A stretch of 64,000 nucleotides of DNA, from NCBI GenBank assembly GCA_963728405.1, contig CAVSJV010000013.1, positions 96,001 through 160,000 of the forward strand, written 5' to 3'. Position 1 is the stretch's first letter; each line of letters begins with the position of its first letter. Below are positions 31,167-42,619 of this stretch, one piece after another. The notes below the pieces were generated by a model. It made no database searches. It was not told the DNA's origin and saw only the letters and a list, made by a program, of their open reading frames with translations. The translations under genes were made by a program, and so were the position numbers. The stretch comes from Methanomassiliicoccaceae archaeon (lineage in GTDB: Archaea; Thermoplasmatota; Thermoplasmata; Methanomassiliicoccales; Methanomassiliicoccaceae).

Positions 31167-32373
31167 GTGCCTGTCATTGAAAAGGGTTCGCTCAGGAAAG
31201 GCCAGTTGAACGGGGAGGTTTGCGTGGTGACCGGGGCCGGTCGTGGGATCGGCCTGGAAGCTGCTCGGTCCTTGGCCTGGCTAGGAGCAAAGGTGATCAT
31301 CGCCGAGATCGACGAACAAAATGGAAGGGCTGTTGCCGAGTCGGTAAATGCCGATTTCGGTAAGGGCTCTGCCATCTTCGTCCGGACCGACGTGGCCGAC
31401 CCCGATAGCGTAAGAGGTCTTTCCGCGTTAGCTAATGAAGTGTACGGCCATGTGGATGCCGTCATCAATAACGCCACCGCCTTCCGGATGGGACCGGTGA
31501 TCGAGGTCGGCATCGACAGCTGGGACCTGGCATACCGGGTTAACGTCGGGGCCGGTCCTAATGGCCCAGACCTTCCTTCCCGGAATGATCGAGCGTGACC
31601 ATGGCACGTTCATCTGCGTATCGTCCTCGGGGGCCGCGCCGTTCATGGGCGCCTACGAGATATTCAAGACCGCTCAGGTCGAGCTGGCCCGCGTCCTAGA
31701 CGCGGAGATGGAGGGCCGTAAGGTCAACATCCTTACCATCGGCCCAGGCCTGGCCCGCACTCCCGGATCGGAAGAAGGGATACGCGCTCTCGCTCCGCTC
31801 TACAACAAGAGCGTGGAAGAGTTCTATGCAATGAGCGAGGAGGCCCAGCTTACCGCGGAAGAAGCGGGGGCCGGTTTCGCTGCGGCGGTAGCTTTGGCCG
31901 ATAGGTTCCGCGGGCAGGAGATAAGCTCTTTTGCGGCCCTGAGCACTGTCGGGATAACCGTCGTAAAAGGCAAACCCTTGAAAGAGTGGACGTCCCAAGA
32001 GGTCCAGTGGTCGAGGGTGCAGCCTCTAGTCGACAAAGCGCTCGATGACCTAGAGTCTCAGTACAAGGGCTGGACCGAGATGGTCGTGTTCAAGAGGCAG
32101 TGGATCTTGCGTGATTTCAAGAAGGGCGCCGGGATGCCTGCCGATCAATGGCTGGCTGCTCTTCGACAGCTGCAGGCGGCGATCAGGATAAGGGATTTAG
32201 CCAAGGTCGCTTCCATTAGGCCGCCCCTTGACAGATTGAGCGCTCAATACTCACACATGCGGGACCTGTTGAACGACTACGAGAAGGACCCGGTCAAGCT
32301 CAAAGTGGGGAGTGAGACGATCGATGATTGGATTCGGACAGTTGGAGGAGCTCAACCTACTCATCTGAGATAA
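31167..32373 (+). CDS. SDR-family oxidoreductase with a C-terminal helical extension; frameshift near 31550
   Basis: TGAGRGIG, NNA, SS, YEIFK (YxxxK), GPG. Confidence 0.85.
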
Positions 32374-32465
32374 TGTCTGGTTGGGAGTCATTTTTTCATG
32401 GGCCCAATAAGATCTTACACTCTCCACGACGTTGGCCTCGGTGATGACCGACAACCTTTATCCCG

Positions 32466-33002
32466 ATGTCGTGTTCTGGGGGCATGACCATCCCGACTGG
32501 CGTTATTCGTCAGGGCGTAATGCTTCCCGCTTCTCCCGAGACCGTATATGATATGCTGACAGACCCGGTCAGGCACGCCCAATTCACCAGATCCCCCGCG
32601 AGCGGGAGCTCCCTGTTAGGGGGCATATTGACCACCCATGGTGGCTACATCCTGGCCCAGAATCTGGAGCTGGAAAGAGGCAAGCATATCGTCCAGGAAT
32701 GGTCGACCACCGAGTGGCCGGAGGGATTGCCCCCCTCCCGATTGGAGATCAAGCTCCACGCCATTGGTAGGGGCACCGACCTGTCCATGGTGCAGACAGG
32801 TGTCCCGGCGGCCGATGTGGAGCGGTACGCTCAGGGCTGGTACGAATATTATTGGAACCCGCTGTTCGAATATTTGAGGGAGATATCCACGCGGAGCAAG
32901 GTTCGAGAGAGAATTGAAAAAGAGAAGATATGCCCACTTGAAAGAAGTGGGGAAGGTTTTCGGATCAGGTCCGGAAGGCCACCGAGTACTCCATGCTCTT
33001 AG
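32466..33002 (+). CDS. SRPBCC/AHSA1 domain protein
   Basis: ASPETVY..LTD, IVQEW, GTDL.M.QTGVP, GW..YYW. Confidence 0.8.
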   Translation: MSCSGGMTIPTGVIRQGVMLPASPETVYDMLTDPVRHAQFTRSPASGSSLLGGILTTHGGYILAQNLELERGKHIVQEWSTTEWPEGLPPSRLEIKLHAIGRGTDLSMVQTGVPAADVERYAQGWYEYYWNPLFEYLREISTRSKVRERIEKEKICPLERSGEGFRIRSGRPPSTPCS

Positions 33003-33387
33003 AGCCGAAGTACTTCTTGCAGAACTCTGCGGTCTTTTGGGGCGGGTATTCCTTGCAGGAGAAGACGTCGATGAACGCTCGATCGGTGTTCTCGGCAAAG
33101 TGCCCGGAGATCAGCGACGTCTCGATCAGTTGAGCGAGGGAATAGCCCTGCACCCGAGGGTCGGCGCCGAACCGAACCACGATGGGGTCGCCGAATCTCT
33201 TCATATCGATGTAGTTACAGAGGTCGATAGAGAACTGCGTGATCACTTCCTTGCTGGCGATCCTTTCGGGGTCGCAGTCATGCAGGTCGATGGAGGTCAG
33301 GAGACCCCACTCTTCGCCTGTCTTGAACTTGGCCACACATTCCTCGTCGCTCAAACACTTACCCGTCCGCGGACTCATGCTATACAT
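32965..33387 (-). CDS. speD: S-adenosylmethionine decarboxylase proenzyme-like
   Basis: DLHDC, GYS..QLIETSLISGHF, IDVFSC. Confidence 0.85.
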   Translation of the reverse strand: MYSMSPRTGKCLSDEECVAKFKTGEEWGLLTSIDLHDCDPERIASKEVITQFSIDLCNYIDMKRFGDPIVVRFGADPRVQGYSLAQLIETSLISGHFAENTDRAFIDVFSCKEYPPQKTAEFCKKYFGSKSMEYSVAFRT

Positions 33388-33593
33388 GTCCAGTTATCAC
33401 CTTACCGAGATCCCCTAGGGATTGAATGGGAGCAAAAACAATTCTGGTATTTGAAACTAATTCCGTACATGAGAGGGGCCGATAGTACAATCGATATTAT
33501 GATAACGGAGAATCCTTACAGATCGGCCTTTCTTTGCGCCTAAAATTCCGCTTGTTACCTGGGCCAGAATCATTAATATCCTAATGTCATACC

Positions 33594-34754
33594 GTGAACG
33601 ATACGATGGGAGAGGGGCTGAAGAACCGCGGCAAGAGCGGGGCGGATGTCGTTATTCGACGAAAGGCTGTGGAAGAACGTATAGGCATTGAGCTCAGACA
33701 TATCGCTTCCGTGTCCTTCGACCCCTTTCTTGCTGAGAAGAACATCGAGAATATGATCGGGGTGGTGCAGGTACCCTTAGGTTTCGCCGGTCCGCTCAAG
33801 GTCATCGGCGATCACGCCCAGGGTGAGTTCCTGGTCCCCATGGCCACGACCGAGGGGGCCCTATTGGCTTCCGTCAACCGCGGCTGCTCCGTGATCACCG
33901 CGGCCGGAGGTGCCTCGTCGCTGGTGATTAAGGACGAGATGACCCGCGCCCCCGTCTTTAGAGTGAAGGATGCCCGCCATGCGGTTCGGGCGTCAGAATG
34001 GCTAGAGGCCAACTTCGCCCTTTTACAAGAGGTCACCGGTACTACCACTAAACACGGGAAGCTTCTTAGCGCGAAGCCTTTCGCGGTCGGTCGATCGTTC
34101 TACGTTCGCTTTGCTTTCACCACCGGCGACGCCATGGGCATGAACATGGCCACCATCGCATCTGAGGCCATGTCCAAGTTGATCGAGCAGGAGACCGGGG
34201 CGGTATTGATCTCGGTATCCGGCAATCTATGTGTGGACAAGAAGCCAGCAGCCATCAACGCCATACTGGGTCGGGGTAAGATCGTCTTGGCCGATGTGAC
34301 CATACCGCGCCAGGTCCTGGAAGAGAAGATGCACGCGACGCCGGAATCGGTGGCCGAGACCTGTTACCGCAAGTGTAACATAGGCTCCTCGCTGGCCGCC
34401 TCGTTCGGCTCGAACGCCCATGTCGCCAACATGCTGGCGGCCGTTTACATCGCCACTGGACAGGACCCCGCACAAGTGGTTGAAGGAAGCATGGCCACCA
34501 CCACCTGCGAGGTCGTGGAGGGCGACCTATATACCTCGGTGAGGCTGCCCTGCCTTGAGGTCGGTACGGTCGGTGGAGGAACTCGGTTGCCCTGCCAGTC
34601 CGAGGCGCTGAGCATGATCGGTTGCCTGGGAGGGGGGAAGGTCATGAAGTTCGCCGAGATCATCGGCGCGGTGGTCCTTGCCGGGGAGCTGTCTACTTTA
34701 TGCGCTCAGGCCGCTGGGCATCTGGGTTCGGCCCACCAGGCTCTGGGAAGATGA
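33594..34754 (+). CDS. hmgA: HMG-CoA reductase (class I)
   Basis: ENMIG, PMATTEG.L, DAMGMNM, SGN.C.DKK, GTVGGGT, GELS. Confidence 0.96.
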   Translation: MNDTMGEGLKNRGKSGADVVIRRKAVEERIGIELRHIASVSFDPFLAEKNIENMIGVVQVPLGFAGPLKVIGDHAQGEFLVPMATTEGALLASVNRGCSVITAAGGASSLVIKDEMTRAPVFRVKDARHAVRASEWLEANFALLQEVTGTTTKHGKLLSAKPFAVGRSFYVRFAFTTGDAMGMNMATIASEAMSKLIEQETGAVLISVSGNLCVDKKPAAINAILGRGKIVLADVTIPRQVLEEKMHATPESVAETCYRKCNIGSSLAASFGSNAHVANMLAAVYIATGQDPAQVVEGSMATTTCEVVEGDLYTSVRLPCLEVGTVGGGTRLPCQSEALSMIGCLGGGKVMKFAEIIGAVVLAGELSTLCAQAAGHLGSAHQALGR

Positions 34755-34782
34755 AAATAGGGCCTCCCGCCATATCCATTTC

Positions 34783-35745
34783 ATGACCCGGCCCCAAGTG
34801 CTGGTGACCCGCCGCATACCCCGAGCGGGGATGGACATCCTTGAGGAAGGCGCTATCGTCGACGTCAATGAGAACGACGTCCCTATGCCCCATGAAGAGC
34901 TGCTCCAGCGCATCCGGGGAAAGGAGGGGGTGCTCTGCATGCTCTCCGACCATGTGAATGGCAGGGTCATGGACGCGGGAGACCGGTTGAAGGTAATATC
35001 CACCTATGCTGTCGGGTACAACAACATTGACGTCCGGGAAGCGGTCACGAGAGGTATCGTGGTCACCAACACCCCGGGCGTGCTGAGGGAGGCCACCGCG
35101 GACCTGACCTGGTCCCTGCTGATGGCCGTGGCCCGCAAAATACCGAGATCGGACCGTTTCGTCCGTGATGGTAAGTTCGTAGGCTGGGGGCCAGAACTGT
35201 TCCTGGGCCATGAAATACATGGTCGGACCCTCGGTCTGATCGGCATGGGGGACATAGGCTCGGCGGTCGCTAGGAGAGCTACGGGCTTCGGCATGAAGGT
35301 CCTATACCATAACCGGACCCCGAATCCCTTGGCTGGCCAGATCGGAGCGGAACTGGTCCCCCTCGCCGACCTGTTGCAACGCTCCGATTTCATCAGTCTG
35401 CATGTTCCGTCCACCCCGCAGACGAGGCATCTCATCGGTCCCAGGGAGCTGGGGATTATGAAAAGCGAGGCGATCATCATCAACACCTCGCGGGGAGAGG
35501 TCATCGACGAGGCCGCGCTGGTAACCGCGCTCCGGGAACGGACGATCGGCGGGGCCGGACTGGACGTCTACGAGAAAGAACCAATGCTCTCCCCCGGACT
35601 GGCCGACCTCGATAATGTCGTGCTGACGCCTCACATCGGAAGTGGCACCTACGAAACGAGGGACCGAATGGCCATCATGACCGCCCGGAATCTGCTTGCA
35701 GCACTGAAGGGGGAAAGGCCGCCGAACCTCGTGGAGCCGCGCTAA
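34783..35745 (+). CDS. gyaR: Glyoxylate reductase / D-2-hydroxyacid dehydrogenase
   Basis: VGYNNID, GMGDIG, NTSRG, LDVYE.EP, PHIGS. Confidence 0.88.
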   Translation: MTRPQVLVTRRIPRAGMDILEEGAIVDVNENDVPMPHEELLQRIRGKEGVLCMLSDHVNGRVMDAGDRLKVISTYAVGYNNIDVREAVTRGIVVTNTPGVLREATADLTWSLLMAVARKIPRSDRFVRDGKFVGWGPELFLGHEIHGRTLGLIGMGDIGSAVARRATGFGMKVLYHNRTPNPLAGQIGAELVPLADLLQRSDFISLHVPSTPQTRHLIGPRELGIMKSEAIIINTSRGEVIDEAALVTALRERTIGGAGLDVYEKEPMLSPGLADLDNVVLTPHIGSGTYETRDRMAIMTARNLLAALKGERPPNLVEPR

Positions 35746-35783
35746 GAAATGTTTCAAATAGTCTCGCTCCCATCGGTTCGGCG

Positions 35784-37441
35784 ATGCCAGTAGTAACCTT
35801 CTGCTACGACGACCTCATTTCCCTGCTGGGACGCGAGGTGAGCGTGGATACCTTGCTAGAGAGGATACCCCAGCTCGGCGCGGACGTTCACAGCTATGAC
35901 AAGAGCACGAAGGAGATCGCCATCGAGTTCTTTCCCGATCGACCCGACCTCTATAGTGTCGAGGGCGCCGCCCGGGCGCTCCGATCTTTCCTGGGATTCG
36001 AGAAAGGCCTGACCCGTTATTCGGTGCAGGATTCCGATGTCGTTCTGAACCTGGACCCTAGCATCAAGGCTGTCCGCCCCTACATGGTGGCCGGGGTCGT
36101 TGAGGACCTCACCATCACTGATGCGTTCATCCGCTCTTTGATGGAGATGCAGGAAAAGCTCCACCTCACCATGGGTCGGAAGCGCTCCAAGGTGTCCATC
36201 GGCATCCACGATCTTGACAAGGTCACCCCGCCTTTCACCTACAAAGCGGTCGATCCCGAGTCGGTCTCCTTCGTACCGCTGGCCAAGACCGAGCCTATGA
36301 ATCTGAGGGAGATACTGGAGAGGCATGACAAGGGTGTCGATTATGCTTACATCCTGAAAGGGAAGGCCAAATACCCACTGCTGGTCGACAGCAATAACGA
36401 AGTGTTGTCGTTCCCGCCGATCATCAACGGTGCTCTGACCACGGTAACAGAGAGCACCCGGAGGGCGTTCTTAGATGTCACCGGCACAGACCTCAACGCC
36501 ATCTCTGGCGCCCTTAACATCGTCGCCACCGCCATGGCCGAGCGTGGCGGCAAGATCTGCCGGGTCAAGGTCCAGGGGGCCGATAACATGATCACGCCGG
36601 ACCTCGAACCACGCAAATGGGCCATCGAGGTCGCCAAGACCAATTCGCTGTTGGGCACGAGGCTCAACGGCGAGGAGATGGCCGCCGCTCTGGGGAAGAT
36701 GGGTTTCGATGCTCACCCGTCCACTACCTTCGTGAACGTCCTGGCACCGGCCTGGAGGCTTGACCTCATCCACCCCGTGGACATCATGGAGGACATCGCC
36801 AAGGGGTATGGCTACGAGAACTTCGGCAAGGTGCTTCCGTCCCAGCAGACCTTCGGTGCCGAGCTGCTGTCCAACAAGGCGGCTGACAGCTGGCCCGTCA
36901 GATGATGGTCGGCTACGGTTACATGGAAGTGACCACCCTCACGTTGACCTCGGAGGACGATCAATTCGCCAAGATGCGGTTGCCGCCCGGCCAGGTGGTC
37001 GAAGTGCTCAATCCTATCAGCGAGGACCACACCTGCCTCCGCGTTTCACTGCTCCCCAGCCTGATGGTCGTGCTGAGACGGAACAAGCATCGGGACCTGC
37101 CCCAGCGGCTGTTCGAGGTCGGGGACGTTCTGCAGGGCATAAAAAGGAGGAAGCACCTTGCGGCCGTCTCCATCTCCTCGCGCGCTTCGTTCACCGAGAT
37201 CAAGTCCCTGGTGGAGAGCGTGCTTCGAGACCTTTCGGTCAAGTACACGATCCAGCCGTCCCCAGCAGGCACCTACTTGGACGGCAGGGGCGCGGACGTC
37301 TCCGTCGACGGTCAGGTCGTCGGCAGCTTCGGCGAGATGCACCCCATCGTCATCACCGACTTCGAGCTTGGCTACCCCATCGCGGCCTTCGAACTGGACC
37401 TGGAGGCCTTGACCGCCGGCAAGCTGGAGCGGCTCGCCTGA
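35784..37441 (+). CDS. pheT: Phenylalanine-tRNA ligase beta subunit (frameshift near 36895)
   Basis: PDRPDL..VEG, QEKLH...GR.R, FPPIIN, R.D.IH.VD..EDIA, NPIS, FEVG. Confidence 0.95.
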
Positions 37442-37487
37442 CCGGGACCGAAACGGTTATTATCATCCAGGCATGTGGCCGACACAG

Positions 37488-37574
37488 GCCGAGGTAGCCA
37501 AGCCCGGATCACGGCGCCAGCCTTGAGAGCTGGTGGTGCTTCGCACTACGGGAGTTCGAATCTCCCCCTCGGCG
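37488..37574 (+). tRNA. tRNA-Ser(TGA)
   Basis: GCCGAGG acceptor, CCAGC CTTGAGA GCTGG anticodon arm, long variable arm, GTTCGAATC. Confidence 0.95.
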
Positions 37575-37963
37575 CTCTCTTTATCCATCTCAGTCCTGGC
37601 TGAAGGACCAGCATGTTATCACTGATCCGATGGAATCGAACCCATCAGGGCGGCCCAGCCGTTCATGTCCACCGCCCACGAAGGTATGAACTGCGAGAAC
37701 ACCCAGGAACATTAGCCCACGAAAACCTTCGTCGGGCTGCGTTAACCATCTGCTGACCACGAAATATCGGATATCCGAAGGCTATCTTCTCCTCCTAAAT
37801 CGGTCGGACCGTATGCGCATCGACCATTTTGGACCCGCTGGCGTCGCAGAAGCGGCCCCCTTCGCGCAATTGTTCCCCCCTACATTTCCGGCAGTGGGCC
37901 AATTTATTTTACATATGTCAGGCAGATGTATCTCGATAAAGATCCTGCTCCAGTTACGCTCTC

Positions 37964-38887
37964 TCAGGAGTATGAACGCTGAACTGAGCGATAGGGAGCA
38001 ATGACCTTGACCGCCCCCGGTACTATCCGGAGGTTCAACGGCGTTCGGCCGACGAACTCTCCGTCCGCCTTGATCACCGTCGGTGGCTCGCTCTTCAATA
38101 CGATCTCACGGTGGGCGTCGAAGTAACGAAGACCTCGACTTTTCTTGTAGTTGCCGAACATGAGGTCCAGGCCGGAATCAAGGAACTCCAGTCGGGTCCG
38201 CCCGCGCATGGCGATGACCTCTACCTTCCCATCATCCAGACGGATGTTTGGACCGAGACGCAGCGGCTCCAGGCCGAAGATACCGGCATTGGCGATCATG
38301 ACCTGGTTCGCCCACATCCTCACCTCACGGCCGTCGATGGCCCCATGGATCCATATGGGATGGTATTCGGCCAGCAGCCGCAGCCCAGCCAACGCGTACA
38401 CCGAGCGGCCGAACAACCGTTTCTCCGCCCGGGATATCTTGGACAAAGCTTCCGACCCTGCACCGACGACCACCTGGTAGACGTAATTGCGGTCTTGGGC
38501 GGCCATCGCGTCGATCCTTACCAGGTCCTTACCCTCCCGTATCAATCTTGCGGCCAGGGCGACCGAGATCGGTATCCCCAGCTCCCTGGCAAGCATGTTG
38601 GCCGTACCGGTAGGTATGATGCCTAGGGTGGCGCTCTTTCCGGCGAGCGCACCGGCCACACCGGAGATCGTGCCGTCACCGCCCGCCGCCAGGACATCTG
38701 TTGCCCCCCCCGCCAGGGCCTCCGAGACCAAGTCTGGTATGCTGGAGCCCTTTCCGAGCACATGGAGCTCCAGGTCCAGGCCCTTAAGCTCTGCGAGTAT
38801 CTGTTCTCGGAGATACATGGCCGAGCCGATACCGGCGTGGGGGTTGAGGATCAGGACAAAGCGTCGGTCCCTGCCAGGGGAAGGCAT
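37964..38887 (-). CDS. Diacylglycerol/lipid kinase family (YegS-like)
   Basis: NPHAG, GGDGT, PTGTAN.LAR, DDG, DGE. Confidence 0.9.
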   Translation of the reverse strand: MPSPGRDRRFVLILNPHAGIGSAMYLREQILAELKGLDLELHVLGKGSSIPDLVSEALAGGATDVLAAGGDGTISGVAGALAGKSATLGIIPTGTANMLARELGIPISVALAARLIREGKDLVRIDAMAAQDRNYVYQVVVGAGSEALSKISRAEKRLFGRSVYALAGLRLLAEYHPIWIHGAIDGREVRMWANQVMIANAGIFGLEPLRLGPNIRLDDGKVEVIAMRGRTRLEFLDSGLDLMFGNYKKSRGLRYFDAHREIVLKSEPPTVIKADGEFVGRTPLNLRIVPGAVKVIAPYRSVQRSYS

Positions 38888-38963
38888 CGGCCATCCATTG
38901 GCAACGTCCGATATTTTTCCCTTGCCCAGAAAGATACTAAGTCCCGACGATGATTCGCCCGTC

Positions 38964-39896
38964 GTGCGGTTGAAGGACTTCATAGGGAACAACGCCCTCA
39001 TGTTGATCTCGGCATTCATCGTGGCCATGCTGTTCGGTGGTCTGCCAGAAGCGTATCCTCGGATGAACAGGGACGCGGCAATGTTCGCCCTCATGGTCAT
39101 GATGTCCTTCTCTCTTTGCAATCTCAAGCTCCGGGGTCTGGCCGTCACAAACCACACCTACTCCATACAGCGGGCGTTCGTTCTTTCATTCCTACTATCG
39201 ACCGGCACCACTATCGCCATGGCCTCTCTCTTCACCGGAGAGATCCGCGACGGCTGGATTCTGGAGGCGGCAGTCCCTTCGGCCGTCTCGGTCATACCTT
39301 TCGTCCTTATCCTAGGCGGTGACCTCGAGTCGACCCTGGTCTCGTCGGCAGGGCTATATTTCATCGCCTTGCTGTTCACTCCATTCCTGACCCTGGTTTT
39401 CATCGGTCAGGCGGTGAGCGTCATGATCCTTTTGTGGTATGTGGGTTTTCTGATCATCGTCCCCATCATCCTCTCTCGCTTCCTGCGTCAGATGGACCTC
39501 TCGGCCGGTTCGAGGCACATCGCCATCAACTTCGCATTCTTCGTCCTGGTGGTGGCAGTGGCCGGATCGAACCGCGGGGTGTTCTTCGGCGAACCGGTCC
39601 TGCTCCTAACCCTTATCGTCATAGCCGTCGTGCGTACCTTCGGCATCGGCATCGCTTTGAACGTCTACAATCGAAAGAGAGGGTTGCCGTGGGGAAAAAG
39701 GGTCCCGGAGGTCCTGTTCGCCACCCACAAGAACACCGGCATGGCCGCCGCCCTGGCGATCGCCCTGATCGGCGATACTGCGGCGGTCCCGGCGACCATC
39801 TGCATGACCGTGGACATCGCCTGGCTCATCTACGTCAGCAAGTTCATGTTCCCATCTTCCAAGTTGGAAGGGGCTGACACCCTGGTACCGACGTAA
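38964..39896 (+). CDS. Bile acid:Na+ symporter (BASS)-like membrane protein
   Basis: About 9-10 TM helices, PSAVS..P, LGGD, KNTGMA..LA. Confidence 0.7.
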   Translation: MRLKDFIGNNALMLISAFIVAMLFGGLPEAYPRMNRDAAMFALMVMMSFSLCNLKLRGLAVTNHTYSIQRAFVLSFLLSTGTTIAMASLFTGEIRDGWILEAAVPSAVSVIPFVLILGGDLESTLVSSAGLYFIALLFTPFLTLVFIGQAVSVMILLWYVGFLIIVPIILSRFLRQMDLSAGSRHIAINFAFFVLVVAVAGSNRGVFFGEPVLLLTLIVIAVVRTFGIGIALNVYNRKRGLPWGKRVPEVLFATHKNTGMAAALAIALIGDTAAVPATICMTVDIAWLIYVSKFMFPSSKLEGADTLVPT

Positions 39897-39942
39897 GGGG
39901 CCTGGTTTATTACCCCGTCGAAATATTACTAGACGGGGTAAC

Positions 39943-42315
39943 ATGGTCGATGAGCTTTCCTACAAGCAAGGTCGCAAGACCTGTCCAGAGATGAAATTTG
40001 AATGCCAGTCCACCGACGATCTAGCTCCCCTGGAGGAGATCATCGGTCAGGAACGCGCCATGCGGGCCTTGAACTTCGGACTTAAGATCCCTAACAAAGG
40101 GTTCAACATCTTCATCTCCGGTCTTCCCGGTACTGGCCGCAAGACCGCTATCATCGAATTTCTAAGGAAGTTGGCCATCTCTCAGCCTCCGCCCCTGGAC
40201 TGGTGCTATGTCAACAATTTCCAGGATTCCTCCAAGCCGAACGCCCTCCCCCTGCCCCCCGGGACGGGCATCGAGCTGAAGAAGGCCATGGAGAAGTTCG
40301 TCTCGTCCATCCAACCAGCCCTAAGGGAAGCGTTCGAGAGCGAAGATTACTCGAAGCGTCGCGATTCGACCTTGCGGGGGATAAATCAGGAGAGGGGCGA
40401 GATCGTCAGCCGGATCAATGCCATGGCCCAGGAGGCCGGGTTCATCGTTCAGCCCTCCCAGATCGGCCTGCAGCTCATCCCTATGTCAGAGGGAAAGCCC
40501 CTCACGGACCAGGAGTTCGCCCAACTGCCGGCAGCATTACAGAAGAAGGTCGGAGAAGAGCGTGACGCTCTTAACACGAAGATAGGAGAAGCGTTCCGGC
40601 CCCTTCAGGACATCGTCAAAAAGGTCGATGCGGAGATGATGGCACTTAACCGGCAGGTGGCGGCGTTCGCCATCGCCCCATACCTCGGCGGCATCAGGGA
40701 CATGTTCAAGGACAACGAGGAAGTGCTATCCTACCTAAAGGACGTGGAGAATGACATCCTAGACAGCGTCCCCCTGTTCCTGGTGCCCCTGCCTCAGTCA
40801 CAGCAGCCAGGGGCGCCGTTGATCGATCCTACCCGTAACTATCGCGTCAATCTCATCGTCGATAACTCCCAGACCAAGGGTGCGCCGGCAGAGATAGAGC
40901 TAAACCCGACCTACCCGCGGTTGTTTGGCTATACTGAGAAGGAGGCCCGTTTCGGAGCGCTGGTGACCGACTACACCATGATCAAGGGCGGTTCGGCGCA
41001 CCGCGCCAACGGCGGCTATCTGGTCATCCCGGTGGAGAGGATGTTCCAAGACCCCTTGGTATGGGAAGGGCTGAAGCAGACACTGTCCAACGGTACCCTG
41101 GAGATGGAGGATTTCATCTCCAAGATGGGCTACATGGTCACCAAGAGCCTTCGCCCCGAGCCGATCCCGTTCAACGCCAAAGTGATAATCCTGGGCAATC
41201 CCCAGGTCTACAACGTCCTGTTCAGCCTCGATCCCGACTTCAAGGATCTGTTCAAGGTAAAGGCGGAGTTCGACACCACCATGGAGCGTAACGATGAGAA
41301 TATCCAGCTCTATGCGAGCTTCATCTGCGGGCTGTGTAACCGCGAGAAACTACTGCCTCTCGACCCATCCGGCCTGGGAGCGGTGATCGAACACTCGTCC
41401 CGTCTGGCCGATGACCAGGAGAAGCTCTCCACCCAGTTTGCCCTCATCGCCGATGTAGTGCGGGAAGCATCGTTCTACGCCATGGAGGACGGGGTGAAGG
41501 TAGTGACCCGGAAGCACATCAACCGTCAGCTGGAGGAAAAGACCTATCGTTCCAACATGATCCAGAAGAAGATCGAGGAGCTCATCGCCGATAAGGTGTA
41601 CCTTCTGGACATCCATGGGGCGAAGGTCGGGCAGGCCAACGGGCTGGCCGTCCTTTCGGCCGGGGACTACGCGTTCGGCCGACCTTCGCGCATCACCGCC
41701 ACCGTTGGCGTGGGAAGGGAGGGGATAATCGACATCGAGAGGCTGGCCCAGATGGGTGGGGCAACTCACACAAAAGGCGTCCTCATCATCAGCGGCTTCC
41801 TCAACGAGCGCTACGCCAATGATATCCCGCTAAGCCTCTCGGCCCGGCTGGTGTTCGAGCAATCGTACTCTGGCGTGGATGGGGACAGCGCATCCAGCAC
41901 TGAGCTTTATGCTCTCCTGTCCACGCTATCCGACGTCCCCTTACGCCAGAACATCGCCATGACCGGTTCGGTCAATCAGATGGGTGAGGTGCAGGCCATC
42001 GGTGGGGCGAACGAGAAGGTGGAGGGCTTCTACGAGGTGTGCAAGGCTGTTGGTCTTACCGGCGAGCAGGGGTGCATGATTCCGTTCTCGAACGTCCGCA
42101 ACCTCATGCTCAAGGAAGAGATGATCAACGCCATCAAGGATGGTAAGTTCCACATCTTCCCGGTAAAGACCATTGATGAGGGCATCGAGGTTCTCACCGG
42201 CATACGGGCGGGCGTCAAAGGTCCGGACGGCCAATACGAGGAAGGCACGATCAACTTCCTCGTCCAGAAGCGCCTTACGACGATGGCCGCGGCCATCAAG
42301 GAATACCACCCCTAG
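39943..42315 (+). CDS. Lon-family (S16, LonB/LonC-type) soluble protease
   Basis: IGQERA, GLPGTGRK, HRANGGYL, VDGDSAS (Ser), IGGANEK (Lys). Confidence 0.92.
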   Translation: MVDELSYKQGRKTCPEMKFECQSTDDLAPLEEIIGQERAMRALNFGLKIPNKGFNIFISGLPGTGRKTAIIEFLRKLAISQPPPLDWCYVNNFQDSSKPNALPLPPGTGIELKKAMEKFVSSIQPALREAFESEDYSKRRDSTLRGINQERGEIVSRINAMAQEAGFIVQPSQIGLQLIPMSEGKPLTDQEFAQLPAALQKKVGEERDALNTKIGEAFRPLQDIVKKVDAEMMALNRQVAAFAIAPYLGGIRDMFKDNEEVLSYLKDVENDILDSVPLFLVPLPQSQQPGAPLIDPTRNYRVNLIVDNSQTKGAPAEIELNPTYPRLFGYTEKEARFGALVTDYTMIKGGSAHRANGGYLVIPVERMFQDPLVWEGLKQTLSNGTLEMEDFISKMGYMVTKSLRPEPIPFNAKVIILGNPQVYNVLFSLDPDFKDLFKVKAEFDTTMERNDENIQLYASFICGLCNREKLLPLDPSGLGAVIEHSSRLADDQEKLSTQFALIADVVREASFYAMEDGVKVVTRKHINRQLEEKTYRSNMIQKKIEELIADKVYLLDIHGAKVGQANGLAVLSAGDYAFGRPSRITATVGVGREGIIDIERLAQMGGATHTKGVLIISGFLNERYANDIPLSLSARLVFEQSYSGVDGDSASSTELYALLSTLSDVPLRQNIAMTGSVNQMGEVQAIGGANEKVEGFYEVCKAVGLTGEQGCMIPFSNVRNLMLKEEMINAIKDGKFHIFPVKTIDEGIEVLTGIRAGVKGPDGQYEEGTINFLVQKRLTTMAAAIKEYHP

Positions 42316-42619
42316 GAGGCGCCAACCTCCTGGGAACATTTATATTAATATATTTCCATATAGCCATAGGGATGGAACATTGTGTCGGTATAACTATGGG
42401 AACAAATACTGCGCCCACCGAATGATAGATGACCGAGAATGCGTTGGAGAAAGGAACTGCCTGGAGCGGGTCGCTCCATCTTATCATTGCCGACATGCCA
42501 GTGAAGGAACGTCCCATGCGATCAAGCGGGCGGAACTGTCCCCCCTTACGGTCTTTTCGCACAGCATCGACCTCCACCTGGTAGACCTGGGCCTGCCTCT
42601 TTCACCGGAGAGGCCGTAG

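Noticed and set aside
35784-37441. Frameshifts in pheT, crcB, arsA, SDR, S66 peptidase and others as pseudogenes or programmed frameshifting
   Set aside because: pheT is essential and no shared slippery motif is evident; scattered single-base indels are best explained as assembly errors.
37625-37650. T-arm-like GATGGGTTCGATTCCATC on the minus strand after tRNA-Ser
   Set aside because: No acceptor stem, no match to the tRNAs in the window and no integrase; probably chance within a decayed ORF.
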